From: an uncultured delta proteobacterium
Lineage (GTDB): Bacteria; Desulfobacterota; Binatia; DP-6
Assembly: GCA_963815115.1 (NCBI GenBank)
Contig: CAWFFN010000012.1
Coordinates: 844,231-908,230, forward strand
Length of the DNA stretch: 64,000 nucleotides
Direction: 5' to 3'
In this document: piece by piece, positions 39,650 to 49,849 of the stretch
Layout: each line of letters starts with the position of its first letter
How positions within the stretch are numbered: position 1 is the stretch's first letter
Position numbers and translations under genes: made by a program
The notes under the pieces: model-generated
The model's database searches: none
Seen by the model: only the letters and a program-made list of their open reading frames with translations
Told to the model about the DNA's origin: nothing

Positions 39650-41422
39650 TCAGCCGGCGGCGGCGCACGGGGTGCCGGACGGCGCGCCCTGCAGGGTCAT
39701 GACGTCGCCGTGCGGGACGAGGACGAGATGGCGGTCGTGGTACGCCGCCACGCCCGGACGGTGGGCGATGCTGACGATCGTCGTGTCCGGAAGCTGCCGC
39801 CCGAGCTCGCGGTAGACGTGCGCCTCGGTCGGCTCGTCGAGCGCCGAGGTTGCCTCGTCGAGGAACAGCCAGGATGGGGCGCGAAGAAAGGCGCGTGCCA
39901 GCGCGAGGAGCTGCTGCTCGCCCGGCGAAAGCACCTGCGCCCAGTGCTGCTCCTCGTCGAGCCGCTCGACGAGCTTGTGCAGGCGGCACCGCCGGAGCGC
40001 CGCCGCGATCGCCGCGTCGCCGACGCTGGCGGGATCGGAGGGATAGGCGACCGCGCGCCGCAGCGATCCGATCGGCAGATAGGGCCGCTGCGGCAGGAAC
40101 AGCATGTCGGCCGAATCCGGCCGGCGAATCTCCCCGCCGCCGTATGGCCAGAGCCCGGCGATCGCGCGGAAGAGCGTACTCTTGCCGCTCCCCGAGGGGC
40201 CGGCCAGGAGCACGCGCTCGCCGCGGCGGATCACCGCGCTCAGGTCGCGCAACAATGGCGCGCCGGCCGGCAGGGTGACGTCGACTCCGGCCAGGGCGAT
40301 CTCGTCGGGGCACCTCTGGATCGTCCGGATGCCCCCGCCTCGATGCGCGTCGGCAGCGGCGACGCGCGTGCTGTCGGCGAAGGCCAGCACGCGCGCAACG
40401 CTCGCCTTCCACTCGGCGAGCTGGCCGTAGCTGTCGACGAACCAGCTGAGCGCGTCCTGGACGCGCCCGAAGGCGGAGGCGATCTGCATGAGCTCGCCGA
40501 GCTGGATGGCGCCCGCGAAGTAGCGCGGCGCCGCCACCAGGATGGGAAAGACGCTCGCCGCCTGGCCGTATCCCGTCGTGAACCAGGTGAGGCGTTTCTG
40601 TGCGCGAAGGAGCGCCCACCAGTTGTCGACGATCGCCGCGAAGCGAGTGCCGAGCCCGCGCTGCTCGAGCGGCTCGCCGCGATAGAGCGCCACCTCCTCC
40701 GCGGTCTCCCGCAGGCGAACCAGGCCGAAGCGAAAATCCGCCTCGCGTCGCTGCTGGCTCGCGTGCAGGCGGACGAGCGGACGGCCGATGTAGTGGGTGA
40801 GGACGCTGCCAGCGACCGCGTACACGACGGCGGCCCAGACCAGGTAGGCGGGAATCGTCAGCGCGTGAGCGCCGAGCGGGATCGTGAGCGGTCCCGAGAG
40901 GCTCCACAGGATGCCGACGAACGAGCCCAGCGTGACGACGGCGTTGAGCAGGCCGGTGGCGAGTGCGAGCGTGCCGCCGGCCAGCGCCCGCAGATCCTCG
41001 GCGATGCGCTGGTCCGGGTTGTCCGTCTCGCGGGCCGTGCGCTCGAGGCGGTAGTAGGCGCCGCGGTCGAGCCAGGCGTGCAGGAAGTGGTGCGTCAGCC
41101 ACCGCCGCCACCGCATCTCCAGGACCTGCGTCAGGTACTGGCGGTAGACGGCCGAGACGATGAAGGCGGCCGCGAGGAGACAGAAGCGCCCGAGCTGCGC
41201 CGCGAAGGTGGCGGCGTCGCGCTGCTGGAGGGCATCGTAGAAGCTCCGGTTCCAGGCGTTCAGCAGGACCAGGACGTAGACCGCGCCGAGGTTGAGGACG
41301 ACGATCGCCGCCAGCAGCCCCAGTGCCCCCCAGCGCTCGTCGGACCGCCAGTACGGCAGCAGCAGCCGCCAGGCTTCGCGGGCAAAGGGGCGCGCGTACG
41401 GGGGCCGCGGCTCGGTCTCCAT
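39650..41422 (-). CDS. fused ABC transporter permease/ATPase (YddA / ABCD-like)
   Basis: [21 protein letters not shown], Walker [17 protein letters not shown] and LDEATSALD. Confidence 0.92.
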   Translation of the reverse strand: METEPRPPYARPFAREAWRLLLPYWRSDERWGALGLLAAIVVLNLGAVYVLVLLNAWNRSFYDALQQRDAATFAAQLGRFCLLAAAFIVSAVYRQYLTQVLEMRWRRWLTHHFLHAWLDRGAYYRLERTARETDNPDQRIAEDLRALAGGTLALATGLLNAVVTLGSFVGILWSLSGPLTIPLGAHALTIPAYLVWAAVVYAVAGSVLTHYIGRPLVRLHASQQRREADFRFGLVRLRETAEEVALYRGEPLEQRGLGTRFAAIVDNWWALLRAQKRLTWFTTGYGQAASVFPILVAAPRYFAGAIQLGELMQIASAFGRVQDALSWFVDSYGQLAEWKASVARVLAFADSTRVAAADAHRGGGIRTIQRCPDEIALAGVDVTLPAGAPLLRDLSAVIRRGERVLLAGPSGSGKSTLFRAIAGLWPYGGGEIRRPDSADMLFLPQRPYLPIGSLRRAVAYPSDPASVGDAAIAAALRRCRLHKLVERLDEEQHWAQVLSPGEQQLLALARAFLRAPSWLFLDEATSALDEPTEAHVYRELGRQLPDTTIVSIAHRPGVAAYHDRHLVLVPHGDVMTLQGAPSGTPCAAAG

Positions 41423-41513
41423 CTCCGGAGTTCGACGCCCCGGCCGGCCGGGCGATGTGAGAGGACGATGAGATGCGGATTAGGAAGTACCAATCTGCCG
41501 CGCCGGACGGGTC

Positions 41514-42764
41514 TCAGTCGATCGGGTCGCGGATGATCGGGCAGGTCATGCAGTGCCCGCCGCCTCGCCCACGGCCCAGCTCGGCGCCGACGATCGTCAC
41601 CACCTCGATGCCCTGCTTGCGAAGCAGCGTGTTGGTGTACGTGTTGCGGTCGTAGGCGAAGACCACGCCCGGGGAGGCGCAGACGAGGTTGGCGCCGCTG
41701 TCCCACTGGGTGCGCTCGCGCATGTACGCGGTGCCCCCGGTCTCGACGACGCGCATCTTCTTCACCCCGAGCGCGTCGGCCACGGTGTCGACGAACGGCT
41801 TCTCGTCCTTGTGCAGCTCGACCTCGCCCGGCTTGCTGCCCGGCCGGTAGGAGTAGGCGTGGATGTTGTAGACGATGTCGGGATAGAGCAGCACGCAGTC
41901 GCGGTCGGCGAAGGTGAAGATGGTGTCGAGGTGCATCGCGGCGCGCAGCTTCGGCATCGCGGCCACGATCACCCGCTCGGCGGCCCCCTGCGCGAAGAGG
42001 GCCGCGGCCAGCTGGCTGATGCCCTGGCGCGAGGTGCGCTCGCTCATGCCGATCAGTACGTTGCCCTTGCCGATCGGCATCACGTCGCCGCCTTCGACGG
42101 TCGCGAGACCGTGATCCTGGGTCGGGTCGCCCCACCAGACTTTGACCTTGCCGGCGAAGTCGGGATGGAACTTGTAGATCGACGTGGTGAGGATCGTCTC
42201 CTCGTGGCGCGCCGGCCAGAAGAGCGGGTTCAAGGTGCAGCCGCCGTAGATCCAGCAGGTCGTGTCGCGCGTGTAGAGCGTGTTGGGGAGCGGCGGCAGG
42301 AGGTACTCGGTGACGCCCGCGGCATCCTTGACGAGCTTCAGCATCTCGCCGCCGTGCGTCTCGGGGAACTCCTCGGTCGAGAGGCCGCCGATCAGCGTCT
42401 CGGCGAGATCGCGTGACGAGAGGCCGTTCAGGTAGCTCCTGATCTCGTCGACGAGGCCCAGCCCGACCTGGTTGGGCACCACCTGGTTGTCGATGATCCA
42501 CCGCTTGGCCTCGGGGACGTCGACCGTCTCGGCCAGCAGGTTGTGCATCTCGACGACGTCGACCCCGCGGTCGCGCATCTTCTGGACGAAGTCGAAGTGA
42601 TCGCGCTTGGCGTTGTCGACCCACAGGACGTCGTCGAACAGGAGGGAGTCGCAGTTGGAGGGCGTCAGGCGCTGGTGGGCGCGTCCCGGCGCGCACACCA
42701 TCACCTTGCGAAGCTGTCCGACTTCCGAGTGGACGCCGTACTTGGGCTCAGTGGCGGTTGCCAT
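41514..42764 (-). CDS. arcA: arginine deiminase
   Basis: [32 protein letters not shown] and C-terminal [12 protein letters not shown]. Confidence 0.96.
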   Translation of the reverse strand: MATATEPKYGVHSEVGQLRKVMVCAPGRAHQRLTPSNCDSLLFDDVLWVDNAKRDHFDFVQKMRDRGVDVVEMHNLLAETVDVPEAKRWIIDNQVVPNQVGLGLVDEIRSYLNGLSSRDLAETLIGGLSTEEFPETHGGEMLKLVKDAAGVTEYLLPPLPNTLYTRDTTCWIYGGCTLNPLFWPARHEETILTTSIYKFHPDFAGKVKVWWGDPTQDHGLATVEGGDVMPIGKGNVLIGMSERTSRQGISQLAAALFAQGAAERVIVAAMPKLRAAMHLDTIFTFADRDCVLLYPDIVYNIHAYSYRPGSKPGEVELHKDEKPFVDTVADALGVKKMRVVETGGTAYMRERTQWDSGANLVCASPGVVFAYDRNTYTNTLLRKQGIEVVTIVGAELGRGRGGGHCMTCPIIRDPID

Positions 42765-42785
42765 GGTGACCTCCAACGTTCGAAT

Positions 42786-44255
42786 TCAGATGCTGATGTA
42801 GCCCGTCGCGAGCCAGCGGATGCCCACGATACACAAGACCGCCGTGGCGAGGAAGACGATCCACTCGACGGGCCTGAAGATCGCCTTGTTCTGCTCGCGC
42901 CGGGTCCAGAAGTAGAGGATGGTGCCGGGTCCGTAGAGGACCGCGGAGAGCACCAGGAACTGCATGCCGGCGGCGTAGACCAGGAACGCGGTGTAGAGCA
43001 CCGCGATGCTGGCGAGGATCAGGTCGCTCGTGCGTTCCTGCGGCCGAATGTCGTACGTCTCGCCGCGCTGCACGAGCCGGAACCCGTACAGCGCGACCAG
43101 GAGGAACGGGATCAGCGCCATCACGCTGGTCAGATTGAGCATCAGCGTGAACGCGTCCCGCGACCAGTACGTGCTGATGACGAAGAACTGGACCACGATG
43201 TTGGTGAGCCACAGTGCCGCCGCCGGCACCTTGTTCGCGTTCTCCGTCGCGAACACCTTCGGCATGTCCCCCTTCCTCGCGGCGGCGGACAGCACCTCGG
43301 CGCAGATCAGCGACCACGCCAGGTAGGCCCCGAGCACCGAGACGAGCAGCCCGATGCTGATGAAGACGGCGCCCCAGTGCCCGACCACGCTCTCGAGCAC
43401 ACCCGCCATCGACGGCTGCCGGATGTCGGCGATCTGCGCCCGCTTGAGCACGGCGTAGGGCAGCAGGGTGACCAGCACCATCAGTGTCGTCACGCCCAGG
43501 AACCCCATGATGGTCGCCGCGCCGACGTCGGAGCGCTTCCGCGCGTAGCGCGAGTAGACGCTCGCACCTTCGATCCCGAGGAACACGAACACCGTGACGA
43601 GCATCGTCGCGCGGACCTGGTCGAAGAGGCTCACGTCGGCATACCCCTCGCCGCCATAGAAGTTCAAGCGGAAGAGGTCGCCCTTGAACGCGAAGATGAG
43701 GATCGCGATGAAGATCAGGATCGGGACGATCTTGGCGATCGTGACGATCTGGTTGATGGCCGCGGCCTGCTGGACCCCCCGCAGGATCATGAAGTGGAAG
43801 AGCCAGATGCCGATCGACGCGACGACGATGGCCGTGATTGTGTTGCCGTCACCGAACACCGGGAAGAACGCCCCGAGCGTCGCCTTGATCAGGACCCAGT
43901 ACGAAACGTTGCCGATGCAGCTTCCGATCCAGTAGCCGAGCGCCGACAAGAAGCCCGGATAGTCGCCAAAGCCCGCCTTGGCATAGGCGTAGACGCCGGC
44001 ATCGAGATCGGGCTTCCGCTCCGCGAGCGCCTGGAACACACGCGCGAGCGTGTACATCCCGCCCGCGGCGATGCACCACGCGATGATGGCGCCGAAGGGT
44101 CCGGTGGCGTTGCCGAAGGTACGCGGCAGGGAGAAGATGCCCGAGCCCACCATGGACCCGACCACCATGGCGGTCAGCGTGAACAGCGGAAGCTTCTGCA
44201 CCGCCGGCGCGCTCACCGAACCCCCCGATGAAGACGGAACTGCGGCTTCAGCCAT
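42786..44255 (-). CDS. arcD: arginine/ornithine antiporter (APC family)
   Basis: VVGSMVGSGIFSLP, KPDLDAGVYAYAKAGFG and FVFLGIEGASVYSR. Directly upstream of arcA. Confidence 0.92.
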   Translation of the reverse strand: MAEAAVPSSSGGSVSAPAVQKLPLFTLTAMVVGSMVGSGIFSLPRTFGNATGPFGAIIAWCIAAGGMYTLARVFQALAERKPDLDAGVYAYAKAGFGDYPGFLSALGYWIGSCIGNVSYWVLIKATLGAFFPVFGDGNTITAIVVASIGIWLFHFMILRGVQQAAAINQIVTIAKIVPILIFIAILIFAFKGDLFRLNFYGGEGYADVSLFDQVRATMLVTVFVFLGIEGASVYSRYARKRSDVGAATIMGFLGVTTLMVLVTLLPYAVLKRAQIADIRQPSMAGVLESVVGHWGAVFISIGLLVSVLGAYLAWSLICAEVLSAAARKGDMPKVFATENANKVPAAALWLTNIVVQFFVISTYWSRDAFTLMLNLTSVMALIPFLLVALYGFRLVQRGETYDIRPQERTSDLILASIAVLYTAFLVYAAGMQFLVLSAVLYGPGTILYFWTRREQNKAIFRPVEWIVFLATAVLCIVGIRWLATGYISI

Positions 44256-44647
44256 CGTGCCCCCTCCAGACGAAGACGAGAGTGTTTCTTCGTTCCTGTG
44301 GATCAGCGCACTCGGGCGGAACGTCCCTTCGGCTCACCGATCCGCCTGACGACCAACCGTCCAAGCTGACACCGCGCCTTTGTTGGCTCGGGGCTTCGGC
44401 GGCTCGCAGACGTACCAATGGCGTCTCTCGCGAGGTGAGTCACCCAGGAGTGCTGGTGGCGTCTAGTCGAAGGATCCGAAGGAGTCAACCGATGGAACTG
44501 CAGGATGGCAAACGCATCCGTTCTCGGTCGCGAAGACGCCGGGCATGTCTCATCGGCGCCGGGACTGTCGGCACGAGGAGGGTCCCCGAGTCGAAGCGCT
44601 GATCAGCGGTTTGCGCCGCCCTCCACCGCTCGCTAGCCGGGAGCGCC

Positions 44648-46429
44648 ATGGGCGACCCGCACGCCGAGTACACGACTCGCCTGGCCGCGCGTCGCGAGAC
44701 GGTCGCCCGCCTGGTCCGCCGCGAGGAACGCATCAGCCGCCTGCGGCTGGGCTGCGTGCTCGCGGCAGGCGTGCTCGGCTGGCTCGGCTTCCGCCACGGC
44801 GTGCCGTCGCCCGCGTGGGCGCTCGTGCCGCTCGCGGGCTTCGCCGTTCTGGTGGCGCGGCACTGGGATGCGACCGCGGCACGCCAGCGTGCCGAGCGCG
44901 CGGTCGTGTTCTACCGCCGCGGGCTCGATCGGCTCGAAGGGACATGGCCTGGCGGGGGCGAGACCGGTGAGCGGTTCCGCCATCCCGCCCATCCCTACGC
45001 CGATGACCTCGATCTCTTCGGAGCCGGCTCGCTGTTCGAGCTGCTGTGCACCGCCCGCACGCGAGCCGGTGAGGACACGCTGGCCGCCTGGCTGCTCGCG
45101 CCCGCCTCGCCCGCCGAGATCCGCGCCCGTCAGGTGGCAGTGGACGAGCTGCGCCCCCGGCTCGACCTGCGCGAAGACCTGGCGCTGCTCGGCGCCGACG
45201 TCCGTGCCGCGGTGGATCCCGACGCGCTGCGCGCGTGGGCCGGGGCGCCGACCTCCCTGCACGCGCCGTGGGCACGATACGTCGCCCCCGGCCTCGCCGT
45301 GGCCGCCGTGCTCGGCGGTGTGCTCTGGGCCCTCGGTCGGTGGCAGCCCCTGGCGGTGGTCGCGGCGCTCGAGACGCTGGTGGCGCTGGCGCTGCGACGG
45401 CGCGTCCAGCACGTCGTGCACGCCGTGGAGCAGCCCGGTCGCGACCTGCGAACGTTGGCCGGGCTCCTCGCACGCGTCGAGCAGGAACGCTTCGGCGCGC
45501 CGCGGCTGGTCGCCCTGCGCGACACGCTCGACACCGAGGGCGTGCCGCCGTCGCGACAGGTCGCCCGCCTGCGACGCCGCATCGATCTGCTCGACGCACG
45601 CCGCAACCAGCTCTTCGCGCCCGTCGGTTGGCTGCTGCTGTGGACGACGCAGCTCGCGCTCTCGATCGAGTCGTGGCGCGCGGCGTGCGGCCCCCACGTG
45701 GCCGGCTGGCTCGCCGCCGCAGGCGAGCTGGAAGCGCTGTGCGCCCTCGGGGGGTACGCCGGGGAGCATCCCGGGCATCCCTTTCCGACGATGGTGGAGG
45801 GACCTCCGCAGCTCGACGGCCGCGCGCTCGGCCACCCGCTCCTGCTAGCGAGCCGCTGCGTGCCCAACGACGTCCGGCTCGGGCGCGAGGCTCCTCACGT
45901 CCTGGTCGTGAGCGGCTCGAACATGTCCGGCAAGAGCACGCTGCTGCGCACGGTCGGACTCGCTGCGGTGCTGGCGCAGGCGGGTGCTCCGGTCCCGGCC
46001 GATGCCCTGACGCTCACGCCGCTCGCGGTCGGGGCCTCGATCCGCCTCCAGGATTCCCTGCAGGACGGCACGTCGCGCTTCTACACCGAGGTGACCCGCG
46101 TGAAGCAGCTGGTCGATCTCGGGTCCGGCGCCCCCGCGCTGCTCTTCCTGCTGGACGAGCTCTTTCACGGCACGAACTCGCACGACCGCCGCATCGGCTC
46201 CGAGGCGGTGGTGCGGGGCCTGCTCGATCGCGGGGCCATCGGCCTGGTCACGACTCACGACCTGGCGATTGCCGCGGTCGCGGACGGCCTGGAGTCCCGG
46301 GCCGCCAACGTGCACTTCGAGGATCAGCTGCGCGACGGGAAGATGACCTTCGACTATCGCGTCCGTCCCGGCGTGGTGGCGAAGAGCAACGCGCTCGAGC
46401 TGATGCGCGCCGTCGGCCTCGAGGTGTGA
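44648..46429 (+). CDS. membrane-anchored MutS-related ATPase (domain V only)
   Basis: N-terminal TM helices, HPYADDLDLFG, GSNMSGKST, SRFY.E, LLDELFHGTNS and TTHD. No mismatch-binding domain. Confidence 0.88.
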   Translation: MGDPHAEYTTRLAARRETVARLVRREERISRLRLGCVLAAGVLGWLGFRHGVPSPAWALVPLAGFAVLVARHWDATAARQRAERAVVFYRRGLDRLEGTWPGGGETGERFRHPAHPYADDLDLFGAGSLFELLCTARTRAGEDTLAAWLLAPASPAEIRARQVAVDELRPRLDLREDLALLGADVRAAVDPDALRAWAGAPTSLHAPWARYVAPGLAVAAVLGGVLWALGRWQPLAVVAALETLVALALRRRVQHVVHAVEQPGRDLRTLAGLLARVEQERFGAPRLVALRDTLDTEGVPPSRQVARLRRRIDLLDARRNQLFAPVGWLLLWTTQLALSIESWRAACGPHVAGWLAAAGELEALCALGGYAGEHPGHPFPTMVEGPPQLDGRALGHPLLLASRCVPNDVRLGREAPHVLVVSGSNMSGKSTLLRTVGLAAVLAQAGAPVPADALTLTPLAVGASIRLQDSLQDGTSRFYTEVTRVKQLVDLGSGAPALLFLLDELFHGTNSHDRRIGSEAVVRGLLDRGAIGLVTTHDLAIAAVADGLESRAANVHFEDQLRDGKMTFDYRVRPGVVAKSNALELMRAVGLEV

Positions 46430-46499
46430 GCGGAAATGCGACCGGGTGGGCCGGGCGCTACGCCCAGCCCACCCGGGAGTTCAGTGCGGCCGACTCAGG

Positions 46500-49400
46500 T
46501 CAGGGTCGGCAGTCGAGGGCCGGCGTGCCGACCGGCGGATCCTTCTCGCAGTCGCAGAGGGCGCCCGCATCGGCGAAGGCCGGGTCGTCCGGGGCCAGGT
46601 CGGCCGCGGGGAAGGCTGGCGTGTCGTCGTCGATGGTGCGGAGGAACGAGATCACGTCGGTGACGGCGCTCGGGTCGCTGTCGAGGACGTTCGGGTTCCC
46701 TGCCGTCCCGGCGCGCCAGTGGGCCTGCGCCGCCGGCAGGAAGTTGGGATCCGTCCCGATGCCGAACGCCTCTTCGAGCGTCTGCGCGGCACCGTTGCGG
46801 AAGTAGGGTGCGCCGTCGCCGACGCCGAGCAGCGACGGCGTGTTGAACCCGTCACCACCGAAGGCGGCCACGACGGTGAGGGCCGGCGCCACGGTGTTGA
46901 TGGGGCTGATGGCGCCGTGACGCAGCTCGAGCGGGTTGGTCGCCGTGAAGGTCCCGATCTGGTGCTCGATGCGGAGGCGCTGCGTGGCCCCTACAGGAGC
47001 TGGAACTTCACAGGCGCGCCCGAGGCCCGCCGCGGAGTTGAAGCCGTTCAGGAACACGGCCAGGGGGTCGGCGATGTTGACGATGCCGGTATCCGTACCG
47101 GGGACCGGATTGACGTCGACAGGATCGTACGTGACGCGGCTCGTGGTCCACTTCGCGCCGCTGTGGCAGGCGACGCAGTTGGCGCCTCCCGGGGCCGCGG
47201 CACCGAAGATGTCGCGGCCACGGCTCGGATTGCCGCTGTGGCTGGGCGGTGCGATGGGGCTGCGGATGTTGAACGCGATCCAGTTGGTGATGTCGTCCTG
47301 CTGGAGCGCGCGGTGGGAGCTGGCAGGCCCGTAGTTGCGGACGTTGGGGTCGGAGTCGGGGGTGATCCCGTCGGTGTTGACGTCGGTGTTGGTGACGATG
47401 AAGCCGCGCCCACCGAAGATGCCGCGGGTGTTGAGCTCGAAGTCCGGATTCTCGTCGCGCACCGGGGTCCAGTTGAGGAGGCGCTGATCCGCCAGCCCGT
47501 CGATGTTGCTGAACGTGCCGGCGAGGTCGATGGTCTGGCGCGGACCGGCCTCGAACGACCACGTCACGCTGTCGGTGTGGCCGTCCGGGTGACATGACGC
47601 GCAGCCGCCCCAGCCGCGGTCGGACCAGAACGGGCGCGAGGTGAAGAAGTCGATCTTGCCCCGCAGGATGCTCAGCTGGGCTGGATCGGTCGGAAGCTCC
47701 GAGGAACGGACGCGCTGCAGCACGGTGTTGCCGACGAGATCCGCGACGACGACGTCGCGCGTCGTCGGGCACACGACGTATCCATGCGTGCCGTCGGCGT
47801 CGAGCACGATGCCGCGCGGGTTGCGGCCCGAGCTCGTCGCGTTGGCGGGATCGATGGTGAGGATGCGCGTCACCGGGCTCTGGGCGAACGGCCCTGGACC
47901 GGTCGGCGCGTTGACCGTCGGCTTCCCTGCGGCGTCGAAGTCCATGCGGACGATCAGGTCGCTGCCCTGGCTCACGACCCAGCACGAGCCGGTGGCCGTC
48001 GAGCAGTCGATGTCCACCGGTACAGACGGGAACAGGCGATCGGTGTTGTCCCGAACCTGCGCGTCGAGCAGGCCCGCCGGGACGTCGAAGTTGATGCCGC
48101 GGTTCATGTTGAAGGTCTGGTCGGCGACCTCGGTGTTGGTGGCCTCGTCGAAGACCGAGACCAGGCTCTGGACGTTGAGGTTGAAACGAAGGGGCGGCTC
48201 GGGCGAGGCCGCCGAGTTCGGGACGAAGCCGCGGCCGCCGAAGAGCGCGATGCTCTGCAGCATGTTCGGGAACGCGCCGGTCCGCTGCGCCTGGGTGCCG
48301 TCGGTGGCGCCGTCGGCGAAGATCGTGCGCGGGGCATCTCCCGCCGTCGTGTTCACGAACGTTCCGCGGGCGAAGTTGAAGCCCGTGTCGGCGATCGGCG
48401 CGAGAACCACCTGGCCGACCACGGCGTTGGTCGCGGTCGACACGACGTCGACGACGGCCTCGCGCGAATCGTCGAAGATGCCTTCGCCGACCACCGGCTG
48501 GCCGTTGGCTCCCGTCGGGAAGGCCGCATTGGGTCCGTCGGTCCCTCCCAGGTTGGCGGTGCTCGGTGGCACGAACCCCGTCCGCGGACGGGCGAAGAAG
48601 TTCGGCACGTACAGCGTCTCGTCCAGGTCGTCCGCGTCGCCGTCGTTGGTGATGGCCAGCGCGCGCGGGCTGCGGCCGACCGGGATGGTCGCGGTGACGG
48701 TGTTGGTGCTCGTATCGATCACCTGCACGGCGTTGTCGTTGGCGTTGGCGACGTAGACGAACCGGCCGTTCGGGGAGGAGACGATGGCCTGGGGCTCGGT
48801 CCCCACGTCGACCGTCGCGACGATCGCGAAGCTCTCCGTGTCGATGACCGACACCGTGCCGTCCACGGTGTTGGCGACATACGCCCACGGCTTGCTCACC
48901 AGGGTCGCAACCGAGCGCGGCTCCTTGCCCACCGGGACCTCTTGCAGCTTGGTGAGGAGGCCGTCGTCGCCGATCTGGAAGAACGACGCGGTGTCGGTAT
49001 CGGTATTGACCGCCACGACCTTGCGGCCGTCCGGGGTGATCTCGATGGGGCTGGACTTGTCGGCGCGGGTCGGCAGGCACTGACAGGCGTCGTTGCAGGC
49101 CTCTCCGGCCTGGCAGCCCGTTGCGCTGCCGTCACACGCCTCGCCATTTCCGGTATCGACGACTCCATCGCCGCACACCGAGGTCGCGGCGCTGAAGTCC
49201 GCCGGCGCCTTCCCCTTGGTCCTGAGCGTTCCCGTCAGGACGGAGCAGTCCTGGGCGATGAGCGCCTTGACCCTGACCTTGGCGTTGACGCCGGTGCACT
49301 GGCCCTTCGGGAAGACGACCACGACCGCCGTCCCCTTCTTTTGCCGGCGCAACCTCGCGTGACGCGCCTGACAGAGCGTCCCGATCGCCACGTTGCGGTT

Positions 49401-49568
49401 CTCCAGGACGACGACCTCGCCGCCCGGTCCGAGCAGCGGTGCGCCCGAGACCGCGAAGCGTCCGGCGGTGCAGAGGGGCGGCCTGGGTGCCGCGTTCGCG
49501 CCCGGGACCTCGGCTGCCATGAATGTTGCGGCCAGTGCGAACAGTAGGAGCTTCGAGCCGGTCGACAT
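46500..49568 (-). CDS. secreted 1022-aa protein: Cys-rich repeat, YVTN/YncE beta-propeller and di-heme cytochrome c (CcP-like)
   Basis: AGGAG SD, ATG at 49568, signal peptide, CGDGVVD..GEACDG, YVAN repeats, CASCH and CVACH, TPSLLG...APYF. Confidence 0.85.
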   Translation of the reverse strand: MSTGSKLLLFALAATFMAAEVPGANAAPRPPLCTAGRFAVSGAPLLGPGGEVVVLENRNVAIGTLCQARHARLRRQKKGTAVVVVFPKGQCTGVNAKVRVKALIAQDCSVLTGTLRTKGKAPADFSAATSVCGDGVVDTGNGEACDGSATGCQAGEACNDACQCLPTRADKSSPIEITPDGRKVVAVNTDTDTASFFQIGDDGLLTKLQEVPVGKEPRSVATLVSKPWAYVANTVDGTVSVIDTESFAIVATVDVGTEPQAIVSSPNGRFVYVANANDNAVQVIDTSTNTVTATIPVGRSPRALAITNDGDADDLDETLYVPNFFARPRTGFVPPSTANLGGTDGPNAAFPTGANGQPVVGEGIFDDSREAVVDVVSTATNAVVGQVVLAPIADTGFNFARGTFVNTTAGDAPRTIFADGATDGTQAQRTGAFPNMLQSIALFGGRGFVPNSAASPEPPLRFNLNVQSLVSVFDEATNTEVADQTFNMNRGINFDVPAGLLDAQVRDNTDRLFPSVPVDIDCSTATGSCWVVSQGSDLIVRMDFDAAGKPTVNAPTGPGPFAQSPVTRILTIDPANATSSGRNPRGIVLDADGTHGYVVCPTTRDVVVADLVGNTVLQRVRSSELPTDPAQLSILRGKIDFFTSRPFWSDRGWGGCASCHPDGHTDSVTWSFEAGPRQTIDLAGTFSNIDGLADQRLLNWTPVRDENPDFELNTRGIFGGRGFIVTNTDVNTDGITPDSDPNVRNYGPASSHRALQQDDITNWIAFNIRSPIAPPSHSGNPSRGRDIFGAAAPGGANCVACHSGAKWTTSRVTYDPVDVNPVPGTDTGIVNIADPLAVFLNGFNSAAGLGRACEVPAPVGATQRLRIEHQIGTFTATNPLELRHGAISPINTVAPALTVVAAFGGDGFNTPSLLGVGDGAPYFRNGAAQTLEEAFGIGTDPNFLPAAQAHWRAGTAGNPNVLDSDPSAVTDVISFLRTIDDDTPAFPAADLAPDDPAFADAGALCDCEKDPPVGTPALDCRP

Positions 49569-49849
49569 AACGGTCTCCTGGCGCCTTTCGAGGCGCACAC
49601 GCTGCGACCGGCGCCCCCTGCACCGGTCGAATGGGCAAGAGCCTACGACCTTCGGTCGAGGCGGAACTCGGGCCAGTCTCTCACATGGACGGCGTTCCGA
49701 TAGCCCTGGAGTCAATGTTCCCCCGGACCGCCCTCGCGCAGCGCGTCGGATGCGGTGAGGGGGGGAAAGTGGGCCTCGGCTCGTCTCAACAGCCACCCTA
49801 CGCCCGAGACCGCGGACCGGATGCATTGCAGGCAGGGGCGGCTGCCCGC

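Noticed and set aside
44500-44560. GGCAAAC...GTCGCGAAG resemblance to a c-di-GMP-I riboswitch
   Set aside because: The GAAA tetraloop stem and receptor are missing.
44492-44602. Arg-rich 36-aa ORF with a good SD next to the arc operon (possible attenuator peptide)
   Set aside because: It is on the strand opposite arcD-arcA, so it cannot be their leader peptide, and Arg richness is expected at this GC content.
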